In this document: positions 26,695-39,633 of the stretch, piece by piece
Position numbering within the stretch: the first letter of the stretch is position 1
Layout: every line of letters starts with the position of its first letter
Assembly (NCBI RefSeq): GCF_964213995.1
Contig: NC_135817.1
Location: 52,700,001-52,764,000, forward strand
DNA from: Mustelus asterias
Lineage: Eukaryota
Reading direction: 5' to 3'
Length of the DNA stretch: 64,000 nt
Translations under genes and position numbers: made by a program
Notes under the pieces: model-generated
The model's database searches: none
The model's input: only the letters and a program-made list of their open reading frames with translations
Told to the model about the DNA's origin: nothing

Positions 26695-27078
26695 CCCAGC
26701 TGCTACAGGTCTCTACAGTTGGAGGGACCCACACTTTGAACAGAGGTGATGAGATTGGCCTCATCTGCAATGTAATAGGGGTTGAAGACGCGGCAGTTGA
26801 CGTGAGCTGGTATTTTAGCGCATCTGCGGCAATTCATCCTCAGAGTGATAAAGTCCTGGTGCACTTGAACCATACGGCAGTGGTGAGCAATACAGGTTTT
26901 GTCACGTTGAGCAGGATTAGTGGTACTGATTACCAGCTGAGGGTGCAACAGATTGAGGAAACAGACAATGGATATTATTACTGTACAGCTTCTGCTTGGA
27001 TCCAGTATGCCAGCGAGACGTGGCACAAAGTCGCGGAGAGAACATCCAGCCCTGTCGCTATCACTGTCGCTCTTTTAG
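26695..27078 (+). CDS. PTGFRN: PTGFRN exon 4 (Ig domain 3)
   Basis: ttacag|CC acceptor, TTAG|gtaatt donor, 384 nt; LICNV...VSWYF...YQLRVQQIEETDNGYYYCTASAW V-set Ig pattern. Confidence 0.92.
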
Positions 27079-27741
27079 GTAATTCAATTCTTCAATGCTA
27101 GAGAAATTAATTAAATCCAGTGGTAAATATGAAGTTTGAGCATTTATCAAGAATGTCTTTTCTGTCTCATTACACCTGCCTGTTTAGGCACCTGTATTGT
27201 ACAATATTGAAATAGAATGGTGTTTAATTAACCTATTTATGTAAAGCTAACTCAAAATTACTGTATTTTTGTTAAAAAGGATGGTGGTTGCAAGTTGGTT
27301 TGCTTTATTCACACAAATCTAACCTGGCACAGAGAAAAAGGCATTTACAAAAGTATCCACTGAACACCTACTAAAAACTGGCATCCTACAAACTAGGGGA
27401 CACAAGCTCAGATGAGAGGTGAGAGCCTAATTAACATAGAACATTGGGCTCTGATAATATCATTGAGATCCTGACATCGTTTGAACCATCATGTTTGGTG
27501 TCAGTGTCGCCAGGAACACAGTGCAAAATAACAGCAAGTCCAGATGGTGACCTGTATGGGAGTTACTTTTTAAAACTTGGTAACCTATGGGCCAGGCAGT
27601 TAGTGTTCATAGAATCCCAACAGTGCAGAAGGAGGCCATTCGGCCCATCGAGTCTGTTACCAACCACAATCCCACCCAAGCCCTATTCCCACAACCCTAC
27701 ATATATACCCTGTGAATCCTCTGATACTAGGGTCAATTTAG

Positions 27742-30700
27742 AAAAAAGAACAATACAGCACAGGAACAGGCCCTTCGGCCCTCCAAACCCGTGCCGCTCC
27801 CTGGTCCAAACTAGACCATTCTTTTGTATCCCTCCATTCCCGCTCCGTTCATGTGGCTATCTAGATCAGTCTTAAACGTTCCCAGTGTGTCCGCCTCCAC
27901 CACCTTGCCTGGCAGCGCATTCCAGGCCCCCACCACCCTCTGTGTAAAATACGTCCTTCTGATATCCGTGTTAAACCTCCTTCCTCCCCCACCCTCACCT
28001 TGAACCTATGACCCCTCGTGAACATCACCACCGACCTGGGAAAAAGCTTCCCACCGTTCACCCTATCTATGCCTTTCATAATTTTATACACCTCTATTAG
28101 GTCACCCCTCATCCTCCGTCTTTCCAGTGAGAACAACCCCAGTTTACCCAATCTCTCCTCATAACTAAGCCCCTCCATACCAGGCAACATCCTGGTAAAC
28201 TTCCTCTGCACTCTCTCTAAAGCCTCCACGTCCTTCTGGTAGTGTGGCGACCAGAACTGGACGCAGTATTCCAAATGCGGCCGAACCAACGTTCTATACA
28301 ACTGCAACATCAGACCCCAACTTTTATACTCTATGCCCCGTCCTATAAAGGCAAGCATGCCATATGCCTTATTCACTATCTTCTCCACCTGTGACGTCAC
28401 CTTCAAGGATCTGTGGACTTGCACACCCAGGTCCCTCTGCGTATCTACACCCTTTATGGTTCTGCCATTTATCGTATAGCTCCCCACTACGTTAGTTCTA
28501 CCAAAATGCATCACTTCGCATTTAAGAACATAAGAACATAAGAAATAGGAGCAGGAGTAGGCCATCTGGCCCTTCGAGCCTGCCCTGCCATTCAACAAGA
28601 TCATGGCTGATCTGAAGCGAATCAGTTCCACTTACCCGCCTGCTCCCCATATCCCCTAATTCCCTTATCGATCAGAAAACTATCTACCCGTGATTTAAAC
28701 ATTCAACGAGGAAGCCTCCACCACTTCAATGGGCAGAGAATTCCAGAGATTCACTACCCTCTGAGAGAAGAAGTTCCCCCTCAACTCTGTTCTGAACCGG
28801 CCCCCCCTTATTTTGAGGCTGTGCCCTCTAGTTCTGGTTTCCCTTCTAAGTGGAAAGAATCTCTCCACCTCTACCCTATCCAGCCCCTTCATTATCTTAT
28901 ATGTCTCTATAAGATCACCCCTCATCCTTCTAAACGCCAATGAGTACAGACCCAATCTGTTTAATCTCTCCTCATAAGCTACACCCCTCATCTCCGGTAT
29001 CAACCTGGTGAACCTTCTCTGCACTCCCTCCAAGGCCAATATATCCTTTCGCAAATAAGGGGACCAAAACTGCACACAGTACTCCAGTTGCGGCCTCACC
29101 AGTGCCTTGTACAGTTGCAGCAAGACCTCTCTGCTTTTATATTCTATCCCCCTCGCGATAAAGGCCAACATTCCATTTGCCTTCTTGATCACCTGCTGCA
29201 CCTGCAGACTGAGTTTTTGCGATTCGTGCACAAGGACCCCCAGGTCCCTCTGCACAGTCGCACGATGTAATTTTTCTCCATTTAAATAATATTCCAATTT
29301 ACTATTATTTCTTCCAAAGTGGATAACCTCACATTTGCTAACGTTATATTCTATCTGCCAGATCCTCGCCCACTCGCTCAGCCTATCCAAATCTCTCTGC
29401 AGACTTTCCGCGTCCTCCACGCAATTCGCTTTCCCACTCACCTTCGTGTCATCAGCAAACTTGAATACCCTAGATTCAGTCCCCTCCTCCAGATCGTCTA
29501 TGTAAATGGTAAACAATTGAGGCCCCAGCACCGATCCCTGCGGCACGCCACTGGTCACCAACTGCCAACCAGAAAAGCACCCATTTATCCCAACTCTCTG
29601 CTTCCTGTTAGATAGCCAATCCCCAATCCACGGCAACACCTTACCCCAACTCCGTGTACCCCAATCTTCTGCAGCAACCTTTTGTGAGGCACCTTATCGA
29701 ACGCCTTCTGGAAATCTAAAAACACCACATCCACCGGTTCGCCTCTGTCAACCGCACTAGTGACATCTTCATAAAAGTCCAGTAGATTCGTCAAACACGA
29801 CTTTCCCTTCATGAATCCATGCTGCATCTGCTTGATCGAACCATTCTTATTCAGGTGCTCTGTTATTTCCTCTTTAATAATGGACTCTAGCATCTTCCCA
29901 ACTACGGACGTTAAGCTAACCGGCCTGTAGTTACCCGCCTTTTGTCTACTTCCTTTTTTAAACAGCGGCGTATCTGGATTGAACTCCCATCTGCCATTTC
30001 TTTGCCCAAATTTCCAGCCTATCTATATCCTTCTGTAGTCTCTGACAATGTTCCTCACTATCTGCAAGTCCAGCCATTTTCATGTTGTCCGCAAACTTAC
30101 TGATCACCCCAGTTGCACCTTCTTCCAGATCGTTTAGATAAATCACAAACAGCAGAGGTCCCAATACAGAGCCCTGCGGAACACCACTAGTCACAGGCAT
30201 CCAGCCGGAAAAAGACCCTTCCACTACCACCCTCTGTCTTCTGTGACCAAGCCAGTTCTCCACCCATCTAGCCACCTCCCCTTTTATCCCATGAGATCCA
30301 ACCTTTTGCACCAACCTACCATGAGGGACTTTGTCAAACGCTTTACTAAAGTCCATATAGACGACATCCACGACCCTTCCCTTGTCGACCATTCTAGTCA
30401 CTTCTTCAAAAAACTCCACCAGGTTAGTGAGGCATGACCTCCTTCTCACAAAACCATGCTGACTATCGTTAATGAGTTTATTCTTTCTAAATGCACATAC
30501 ATCCTATCTCTAAGAATCCTCTCCAACAACTTCCCTACCACGGACGTCAAGCTCACCGGCCTATAATTTCCCAGGTTATCCTTCCTACCCTTCTTAAATA
30601 ACGGGACCACATTAGCTATCCTCCAATCCTCTGGGACCTCACCTGTGTCCAGTGACGAGACAAAGATTTGCGTCAGAGGCCCAGCGATTTCATCTCTCGT

Positions 30701-30963
30701 CTCCCTGAGCAGCCTTGGATAGATTCCATCAGGCCCTGGGGATTTGTCAGTCTTTATATTCCCTAAAAAACCTAACATTTCCTCCCTTGTAATGGAGATT
30801 TTCGCTAACATCCTGGTAAACCTCCACTTTTGTCCCTGAGGTCCGATTTTTTTTTTCCCAGACAACCCATTTGTTCCTAACATATGAATAAAATGCCTTG
30901 GGATTCTCCTTAATCCTGTCTGCCAAGGACATTTCGTGACCCCTTTTTGCCCTTCTAATTCCT
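27742..30963 (-). mobile_element. CR1 LINE subfamily A, interrupted by CR1 subfamily B
   Basis: Segments 27742-28524 and 29971-30963 are collinear with the 6913-8577 copy (CGCATTTA|TCTGGATTGAACTC junction). Confidence 0.95.
28525..29970 (-). mobile_element. CR1 LINE subfamily B, young, 5'-truncated
   Basis: 314-aa and 102-aa RT ORFs separated by one frameshift (GVPQGSVLGPQLF, KFADDTK); (ATGTTCTT)n tail; CpGs retained. Confidence 0.96.
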
Positions 30964-31414
30964 AATTTAGCATGGCCAATCAACCTAACCCACACATCTT
31001 TGGACTGTGGGAGGAAACCGGAGCAACCGGAGGAAACCTACGCAGACACGGGAAGAATGTGCAAACTGCACACAGTAACCCAAGGCCGAAATTGAACCTG
31101 GGTCCCTGGCAATGTGAGGCAGCAGTGCTAACCACCCTGCCACTGTGCCACCCATTCTTCCAGGGTCTTCCACGAATTTGATCGCTCTGTGCTCCTGTCT
31201 CTGATTGCCACTGAATCTCTTACTTCTGCCTATCCTGGCCTCAATTCCTCCGAAGTAAGGGTTCACTTATGTGCTTGCCCAACTTCTGCCTGGCGGTGTT
31301 GATGCTGTGTTTGGGTGAGAGTTTGGCCTTAAATATGCCCAATGAGTTAAAATGGTCCTTGCCATTCACCTCCAAATCAGGGCTTCATCATGTAAATCAG
31401 CTGTCAATGCTGCA

Positions 31415-31718
31415 TGGTGGCCCAGTGGATAGCACTGCTGCCTCTGTGCTAGGGACCCAGGTTCAATTCCGGCCTCGGGTGACTGTCTGTGTGGAGTTTG
31501 CACGTTCTCCCCATGTCTGCATGGGCTTCCACTGGGTGCTCCAGTTTCCTCCCACTGTTCAAACGTGTGGGTTAAGTTGATTGGACGTGCTGCATTGACA
31601 CTGTGTCAGGGGGACTAGCAGGGTAAACACGTGGGGCTACAGGGATAGGGCTGGGGTGGGATTATTGTCGGTGCAGACTCAATGGGCCGAATGGCAACAA
31701 CCTTTTGCATTGTAGGAA
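31415..31718 (+). mobile_element. HE1-like SINE, tail type 1
   Basis: Head, V-core, tail. Confidence 0.85.
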
Positions 31719-31759
31719 TAAAGGCCGGAACTGATTTCAAAGATTCCAGGACATTTCTC

Positions 31760-32225
31760 ACTCCAGAAGATAAAATAGGAACAGATGCAGACTTTCTGAC
31801 CCATTGAGACTTCTGTCTTTAAGTATGATAATGGCTGTATCTCTACTTTTCTGCCCGCTCCTCTTTTCCGTTGATACCCTGAGTCTCAATTTGTATATCT
31901 CAGCCTTAAGTATATTTAATGACCTAGCATCCATAATCTTCGAGAGAAAATTCTGAAGATCCCCAGCTCTCAATCTCCTCATCAATCTCCTCATCTCAGT
32001 CTGACATGATCATCCCATTTTCCAGAGATACTGCCCCCATGTTCTAGAATTCTCTCTTGTCAAGCCCCTTTGTAATCTTGAATGTTTCAATGAGATTACC
32101 TCTCATTCCTCTGAACTCCAGAGAATACACACATAATTTTACGAGCCTTTAAGCAGAGGACAACACCCTTATACATACTGCTTCCAATGTAATTATATCC
32201 TTCTCCAACTATGGAGATCCAAAGC
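31760..32225 (-). mobile_element. Old CR1 3' fragment
   Basis: Decayed CR1 ORF2 C-terminus/3' UTR (ARSLNILKAEI). Confidence 0.65.
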
Positions 32226-32713
32226 ACACTTTGGCCTGAACTTTTAGGATGACGGGGTCTTGGTCCTCACCCTCAGTCAGGGGAACATATTCCTGCTGAT
32301 TCCATCGACCCTGATGCCGTATTACTCTCTAATGAGCATTGATTAGCATAAGACGGGACTGCTGCCTGTACTTGGGAGGAAATCCTACCTGGAACAGCTG
32401 CTGGCCAATTGGATTGTGTAAGTTTTCAAGTTTTGAGGTATCAAACCTTTTGTAATTTAAAACAAAAACTCCTAGTCACATTCTCTTGTCAACATATCTT
32501 AACTCAAGCCCCCCCCAAACTAAAGCTGTTGGTTTCCCTCTCTGATACCGATCACTTGAAGTAATGCATGGTTTGTTTAAACATGGTGTAATTTTAAGTT
32601 CAGGCTGATTTCTAGTTGTGCCTTCAAGCTGATTAAAACAAGCATCTAATTGTATTGTGGCCATTAAGATGGCTTTAGCTCACGACTCAAGGGAGCTCCC
32701 TCTTAAAACAAAC

Positions 32714-33029
32714 CATAGACTCCCTACAGTGCAGAAGGAGGGCATTTGGCCCATCGAGTCTGCACCGCCAACAATCCCACCCAGGCCCTATCCTCCGTCC
32801 CCCACGTATTTACCCTGCTTGTCCTCCCTGATACTAAAGGACAATTGAGCATGGCCAATCAACCTAACCCACACATCTTTGGAGTGTGGGAGGAAACTGG
32901 AGCACCCGGAGGAAACCCACGCAAACACGGGGAGAACGTGCAAACTCCACACAGACAGTGGCCAGAATTGAACCCTGGTCCCTGGTGCTGTGAGGCAGCA
33001 GTGGTAACCACTGTGCCACCATGCTGCCC
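32714..33029 (-). mobile_element. HE1-like SINE, tail type 1
   Basis: Full-length, reverse orientation. Confidence 0.9.
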
Positions 33030-33092
33030 AAATGTTTTGTTTCTTCATCAACAACTGCTTTCCTGTTCGCCAGCTACTTTGACCGTTACAGT

Positions 33093-33368
33093 AAAGTTAA
33101 AGTTTATTTATTGGTCGCAAGTAAGGCTTACATTACACACTGCAATGCAGTTACTGTGAAATTCCCTTGGTCGCCACACTCCGGTGCCTGTTCGGGTCAA
33201 TGCACCTAACCACATGTCTTTCAGACTGTGGGAGGAAACCGGAGCACCCGGAGGAAACTCACGCAGGCACGGGGAGAATGTGCAAACTCCACACAGACAG
33301 TGACCAAGTGGGGGATCGAATTCGGGTCCCTGGCGCTGTGAGGCAGCAGTGCTAGCCACCGTGCCACC
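33093..33368 (-). mobile_element. V-SINE, tail type 2
   Basis: Head and core shared with type 1; different tail. Confidence 0.88.
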
Positions 33369-33984
33369 CACGGTTAATTGTCAAACAAAAAAGTCGAAAC
33401 TGAACCAACATAATTTGAAACTATGGTTAAAGAATAAAATTTATGAATATTAGAGACTTCCAAATTCAGAGTTGTCAAAATCTTACAATTGGCCAGTGGC
33501 TCTGCAGTCCCTCTAGGCACAGTGCTGCAGTGGCCGGAAGAGGCACTGCATGGAGGTAAGTCTTAGGCCCTAGAAAGCAGGAACGGTAGGAAATGCCTAG
33601 GGGAATTGTAAGGTTAATATTGGAGTCTCGGGGGATGGTGGGGGGAGAGGGGATGATATGGAGGGATTTCCAGAGGGTGCCCCTAGTCAGAAGGGCCCTC
33701 CTTCCTCAGATTGAACGTTGTATTTATCTGGCCTTCACTTAAGGGCCTTAACTGGGGAAAAGGGCAGGCTTCCTGCTGGAGACCCTTCCTGTCCCAGAAA
33801 GAAATCGCAACCAGGTCAAGGCAACGGAAACTTAGAAGGAGTTCCATCCATGCAATTTTACACTTGACCACCCTGTCTACCCTCTTTCCCCCCTACTGCT
33901 TCTCCGAATGCTCTCTGGGGGGAGGGGGGGGAAGCTGTAAAATTCTGGCCATTTTCCCAAGTAGTCTCTCCAAACTGCTGTGCA

Positions 33985-34830
33985 GTTATCGCAAGACTTA
34001 TTGGAGCGCAAGAACAAAGTCCAACATGCCTATCCCTTCCTAATTGCTTGCTGTATCTGTATATTAACGTTGTGTTCTTTGTGTGAGTACCCTCAAATCC
34101 TCTGAACATCGTCTACCCCTCTGAAGATCTTTTACAAGTTCCACACCTTATAAAACATTTCTGATTTTCTGTTCTTGCGACCAAAGTGAATAGCCTCTCA
34201 CTTCCCCACGTTACACTTTATCTACTACCTTGTTGCTCACTCACTTAACCTGTCTATATATCTCTTTCCAGCCACTGTGTCCCCCACAGCTTATGTTTTC
34301 ACCTAGCTTAGTATTTTCAGTAAATTCTCACTCTCTCTCTTTGGCTAAGTCTAATATAGATTGTAAATGAGGCCTCAACACTGATCCTTATGGAACTCCA
34401 CTAATCATAACCTGCCAACTTAATTCTCCACGTATCCTGATTCTTTGCTGCCTGTCGATTAATCAATCCTCTATTTGTGCTGGTAGATTACCCTAACTCC
34501 ATGAGCCCTTATCTTGTCTATTAACCTTTTTTTTATGTGGCATCTTATTAAGTGCCTTTGGAAATCCAAGTTTACTCCTGTACTCCAAGTTCTCATTCAT
34601 TTACCCTGCTAGGTAATCTTCAAAAACAATAATACATTTGTTAAACATGATTTGCCTTTTATTAAAGCGTGTTGACTTTGTCAGATTGCACTGTGATTTC
34701 CTCAGTGCATCCCAAAGACTCCATTAATAATAGATTGCAGTACATTCCTAACAGCTGATGTGATACTGACTGGCCTGTAGTCCTCTGTTTTCTTCCTCTC
34801 TCTCCCTTCCTGAAAAGTAGTGTTACATTA
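33985..34830 (-). mobile_element. Old CR1 RT fragment
   Basis: Decayed RT region (GTGGAGTTCCATAAGGATCAGTGTTG, TTGGATTTCCAAAGGCACTTAATAAG on the minus strand). Confidence 0.75.
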
Positions 34831-35350
34831 GCCCTCCTTTTTACACTGTTGCATGATGAGCCATTGATTTCCAGATTCAGGCTACATTTGGACTAACGTG
34901 GGTTCGGTGCAACTGCGAATGCAGCTGCAGTGTGAATGTACTCTGACTTGTCCTGGAGGGGGAATAGTTTACTGTTAACCTGGAGTAGTTCGTTCAGCCA
35001 AATTGTACATATCGCCCCATTTTTCCCTTGTTGCTCTGAGTTAACCAAGAGGAAATGTTCTACGCAGCTAGCCATGCTTCTGCACGTTGGTGAAATGCTT
35101 TGAGATTCTCATGACATTCCTTTGCACGAGTGTCATTATATACGGCTCGAGTCTGGCAATTCAAAGAGGAATGTTCTTTAGGAATGTAGTCAACTTGTTT
35201 ATTGATGAAAATCAAATTGCAACTTTTTAATGTTCCTCTTTTTAAAAATAATTATCTATGGCATCACTGATTTAGTGGTCGAACTTTATCAGCTTCTGTT
35301 AATTTTGCAGTCTGTCTTAGAGGTAATCTTTGCTCCATTCCAATCTACAG

Positions 35351-35773
35351 ATCCTACGTACACTGTTCAGCTAACTTCCATCAAGGTACCTAGTTCCTCA
35401 GGAGAGTCAGCTGTGCTCGAGTGCCGGGTGTTGAATTTACAAAACGCGGACGATACAAAGCTGACTGTGACTTGGTATTTCAACCCACAAGGACAGAATG
35501 GTGCTACTGAAGCAACTGTGCCTATAGCAACGATGGATCAGGATTGGACACTAAAATTGGACAATAAGTATAGTGAACGAGCGGAAAAGGGAGAGGTTGT
35601 TTTTATGAAGCCTGAGCTACATGCTTTCAAGTTTCAGATGCAACATGCTCTTCCCGCAGACAGAGGAGAATATTTTTGCAATATTACTGCCTGGGCTAAA
35701 CAACGAGGCGATGTATGGCTGAAAAAACAGGAGAACTCTTCCCTCGCCATTGATATGTTCTGGAAAACAGAAG
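35351..35773 (+). CDS. PTGFRN: PTGFRN exon 5 (Ig domain 4)
   Basis: ctacag|AT acceptor, GAAG|gtaaga donor, 423 nt; LECRV...VTWYF...MDQDWTL...DRGEYFCNITAW. Confidence 0.92.
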
Positions 35774-36197
35774 GTAAGATGCTTCCACAGTTCTTCTCTT
35801 GTTCAAATTTTTAAAAATCTGGCATTTTGCAGACATGATCATGCTGTTGGAGATTGTTTATTCTTATCTGACAATTATTTTCCAACAGGGGTTGATGTGG
35901 GCCAGATTTTGTTAACCAATCCTCCTTTTCCATGCCATCAACTCTTTGGTATTTGCCTGACCTCTTGCTTATTTTCCATAATTGTGTGGCTGTGATTGGG
36001 AGAACAAGACATCGGCAATAATTCTCAAACCTTTTCATTGTGCACTAAGTTCTGCTATCACAAGTAGAATAATTCATGACTATGATTAGTGTGCATAATA
36101 CATCGTGTTGCCTTTGGGTCATAGCAGTAACTGGTTTAGGATTGCAATGAACCTGCATTTTTAATTGCATTTAATAATATTCTCTTCACTGTTTTAG

Positions 36198-36611
36198 ACC
36201 CAGTTCTGAATATTGTAGCAACAGAAGAGAAACCAGTATCCACGCGAGGCAACACCTTTGAGATGATCTGCAGTGTTTTTGCGGAGCATGTAGAAGTTCC
36301 TCATTACTCTGTAGCTATAGCGATGAATGAACCAGCTTTTACTGATCCAAAGGACAGCAAAACACTCATCTCGTTGACCAGGGACTCGGTGGTCAAACTG
36401 GAGAGATGGGATGACCGGGACCGATCGGAGGATGTTGTTCTTGAAAAAGTTGGTGGTGATGAGTTCCGTTTCCGCCTGTATAGGACCCAATTTTCTGATG
36501 AAGGATCGTATTACTGTATTGTCCAAGCTTGGGCTTCAGATACAAATGGGCAGTGGTCTGAAGTAGTTGGAAATTTGTCCAACACTGTAGCTGTTGCTTT
36601 TAGAACAACAG
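36198..36611 (+). CDS. PTGFRN: PTGFRN exon 6 (Ig domain 5)
   Basis: ttttag|AC acceptor, ACAG|gtaggt donor, 414 nt; RGNTFEMICSV...LISLTRDSVVKLERW...VVLEKV...EFRFRLYRTQFSDEGSYYC. Confidence 0.93.
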
Positions 36612-37528
36612 GTAGGTTTTGAATTTAATCAAACAATTGAAAGGGTCATCAGCAGATGAAATATTGATGTACGTATCTTTCAGATCTGGTTCGACAAAAG
36701 GTTGCTGACTGTGTAATAAAATACTTTTTCTGCATGGATGGTTTGGCAGTTTAGAATCTGGAAACCTTGTGGGGGTTAACACCTGCACGGTCCCCCCTGG
36801 AGCTTTCTGATTGGATGAAAATGCGGATCATGCCTTGCATCTGATTTAGTCGGCACCAGTGCCTCCCATTCCCGGAACGTGTCGGATAACGAGAGATTCT
36901 CCTTCCAGGTTTCAAAACATCAGTCAACACACAAGTACAAAATAGAAGCACAGGTAGAATTAGATTGTCTGACCTGTGCTGTGTGTGGTCCATGGGCAGT
37001 TGTGCCATCCAAATGGTAACGTAAACTAGGGGGCCTGAAATTAGACATTTATCCAAATTCGACCAAGGATCCCAGTACTGCCATTTAGACAGCTGTTACC
37101 TCTCTTTTTACAGAGTCAAAGATTTCCACATCTCGTGGAGATGTTGTATTTTGGAGTATCCATATCCCCCTGCCTGGGTTTTAAAAAGCTCAGTGAAGAG
37201 GTACGGGCTTTAATGCATCATTATCCTTCTTAAGCCACCAATGTTGCAGATTTGATGCAAAATGGCTTGTTATGGGTTTCACATCACGTCACAACGAGAT
37301 ACCCATTGACTTTTGATGTTCAAACTCTTAAGTAAATTTAATTTCAACTTTTAGTATAGCCAGGTGTATTGCACTTCTAAACAGTGCCTTCAGGGCAGGA
37401 TAGGAGGAAATAGATTTTTAAAATCAGCATTTGACTTTTTGTGACCTGGGCTCACTGCTGCACAGCCACAGAGAGTGAACCTTCCCTCTTTTTAATTGTT
37501 CAGTGCAAGAGTCATGCATATGAAGTAT

Positions 37529-37930
37529 CATAGAATCCCTATAGTGCAGAAGTAGGCCATTCAGCCCATTGAGTCTGCACCAACCACAATCCCACCCAGC
37601 CCCTATTCCTGTAACCCCACGTTTTTACCCTGCTAGTCCCCCTGACACTAAGGGGCAATTTAGCATGGCCAATCAACCTAACCCGCACATCTTTGGACTG
37701 TGGGAAGAAACAGGAGCACCCGGAGGAAACCCACGCAGACACGAGGAGAATGCGCAAACTCCACACAGTAAGTAGTTCCAAAGATGTGTAGGTTATGTAG
37801 ATGAACCATAGTAAATGCACAGGGTTATGGGAATAGGATGGAGTGAAGGTCCTGGATAAGATACTCTTTTGAAGAGTCGGTGCAGACTCGATGGGCTGAA
37901 TGCTCTCCCTCTGCACTGTAGGAATTCTTG
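37529..37930. mobile_element. Two fused, oppositely oriented HE1-like SINE pieces (37529-37769 minus; 37775-37930 plus)
   Basis: Both outer ends are type 1 tails; the heads are missing at the junction. Confidence 0.85.
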
Positions 37931-38030
37931 ACTCTAGTTTCTATCCCCCTTCTAATAAGTGCCATTTCAAAGTTTAAAGCTGTACTTAAATTGATAATAG
38001 TATAATAAATGTTCTTGTCACTCTCTGCAG

Positions 38031-38138
38031 CTCCCCGGTTTAATGTGACTTTGCTCTCTGAGAGGCCTCACGTGTACCAAGGCGAGACTGTGGAAATGAA
38101 CTGCGCTGTCGATCTGTCTGACATACCTAACAACTCAG
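38031..38138 (+). CDS. PTGFRN: PTGFRN exon 7 (first part of Ig domain 6)
   Basis: ctgcag|CT acceptor, TCAG|gtaatt donor, 108 nt; APRFNVTLLSERPHVYQGETVEMNC supplies the B-strand Cys of Ig6. Confidence 0.9.
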
Positions 38139-39332
38139 GTAATTTTAGCATCGTGGGTGCAGACTGTTTTCCCAAGAATAGGTTCGACTGAAGGGCTCAA
38201 GGTTTCAAGCAGATTACATTTGAAATCTTTAGGCAGCCATGGTGACTGCTTCCACTGAACAGCTGCCTCTGCTTAGGAATCTGCTATGGTTTGTTATTCG
38301 TACAGCCTGACTCCTGTCCTCTGTGTACAGTACCTATGTGCTACATTGAATAGGAACACCTCACTGAAAAAATAGTATTCTTCCAATGAAGTCTCCCATC
38401 TTATTGCTTGGCCCCTGCTAATAGTACATCAGATTCTTTCAGTTATTCTGTTCCAGTCTTGCATCTCAAATTAAATATTGTTGAAATTTTACAGAAAACT
38501 GATGGAAACAGTGTAGTCGGGACAAAGTTCTAGCCATGGCAGAGGTGATGGAAGCAAATTGTCGCTCTATTGAAGGGAAAATGGAAATTTAAATCTTGAA
38601 TAAAAATGTAGTTTTTTAAAAACAAAGACATGGTTTGTTTTCCAATTTGATCTCTTGGCAAATGATTGGTGGGTCTTGGAAAAATATAAATTGGGTGATA
38701 GTAATGGTTGAGGTAATAGGTGCAGGAAGATCCTGTGAGATATTCTTAAAGATGGGGAACAGAAAATGTATTTTCTCCCTGGCTGAGTTGTTCCCTTGAG
38801 TTCAATGTCTGTGCTGCTTGGAGAATGTTACACCATTGATGAAGCTGCCCTTTTCTGTGAACATAATCAGTCTTTTTTAGATAAACATTGTTGGCATTCT
38901 CATCCTTATTTTCAAATTCTTCCTGGCCTGGCCCCTCACTATTTCCATTATCCCCTTCAACCCCACAACCCTCCAGGATATCTGTACTCCTCTAACTCTG
39001 GCCTCCTGCGATTCCCCGATTTTAATTTCTTCACTAATCTTGGCCGTGTCTTCAGTTGTTTAGGCCCCCACCTCTAGAATACCCTCTGTGCTTCTTTCTG
39101 CCTCGCATTCCTCCCTAAAAAGCTACCTCTGGCCAAGAATTTGATAATCTGACCTAATCTCCTTATGTGGCTGAATGTTTTATAATATTCCAGTGAAGTG
39201 CCTCGGGATTTTCTATTACGTTAAAAGGTACCATGCAAGTATAATTTTTTTGTATTTGACTGCAGACACATGTCAGCTATTGGTTAATCACACCCTTATC
39301 CAGGATAACGTTGGATACTTTATTCATGCACA

Positions 39333-39633
39333 GGGCGGCACAGTGGCTGGCACTGCTGCCTCACAGAGCCAGGGACCCAGGTTCGATTCCAGTCTTGGTC
39401 ACTGTGTGGAGTTTGCGTTTTCTCCCCATGTCTGTGTGGGTTTCCTCCGGGTGCTCTGATTTCCTCCCACAGTCCAAAGGTGTGTGGGTTAGGTTGATTG
39501 GCCATGCTAAAATTCACCCTAGTGTCAAGGGGGTTAGCAGGGTAAAGTTATGGGAATAGTGTCTGGGTGGGATTATGTTCAGTGCAGACTTGATGGGCTA
39601 AATGGTCGTCTTCTGTACTGTAGGGACTCTATG
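39333..39633 (+). mobile_element. HE1-like SINE, tail type 1
   Basis: Head, core, tail. Confidence 0.88.

Larger units (their letters stand above)
27608..31152 (-). mobile_element. HE1-like SINE split by nested LINEs (27608-27741 and 30964-31152)
   Basis: The two halves join seamlessly; AATTTAG duplicated at 27735-27741 and 30964-30970. Confidence 0.9.
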
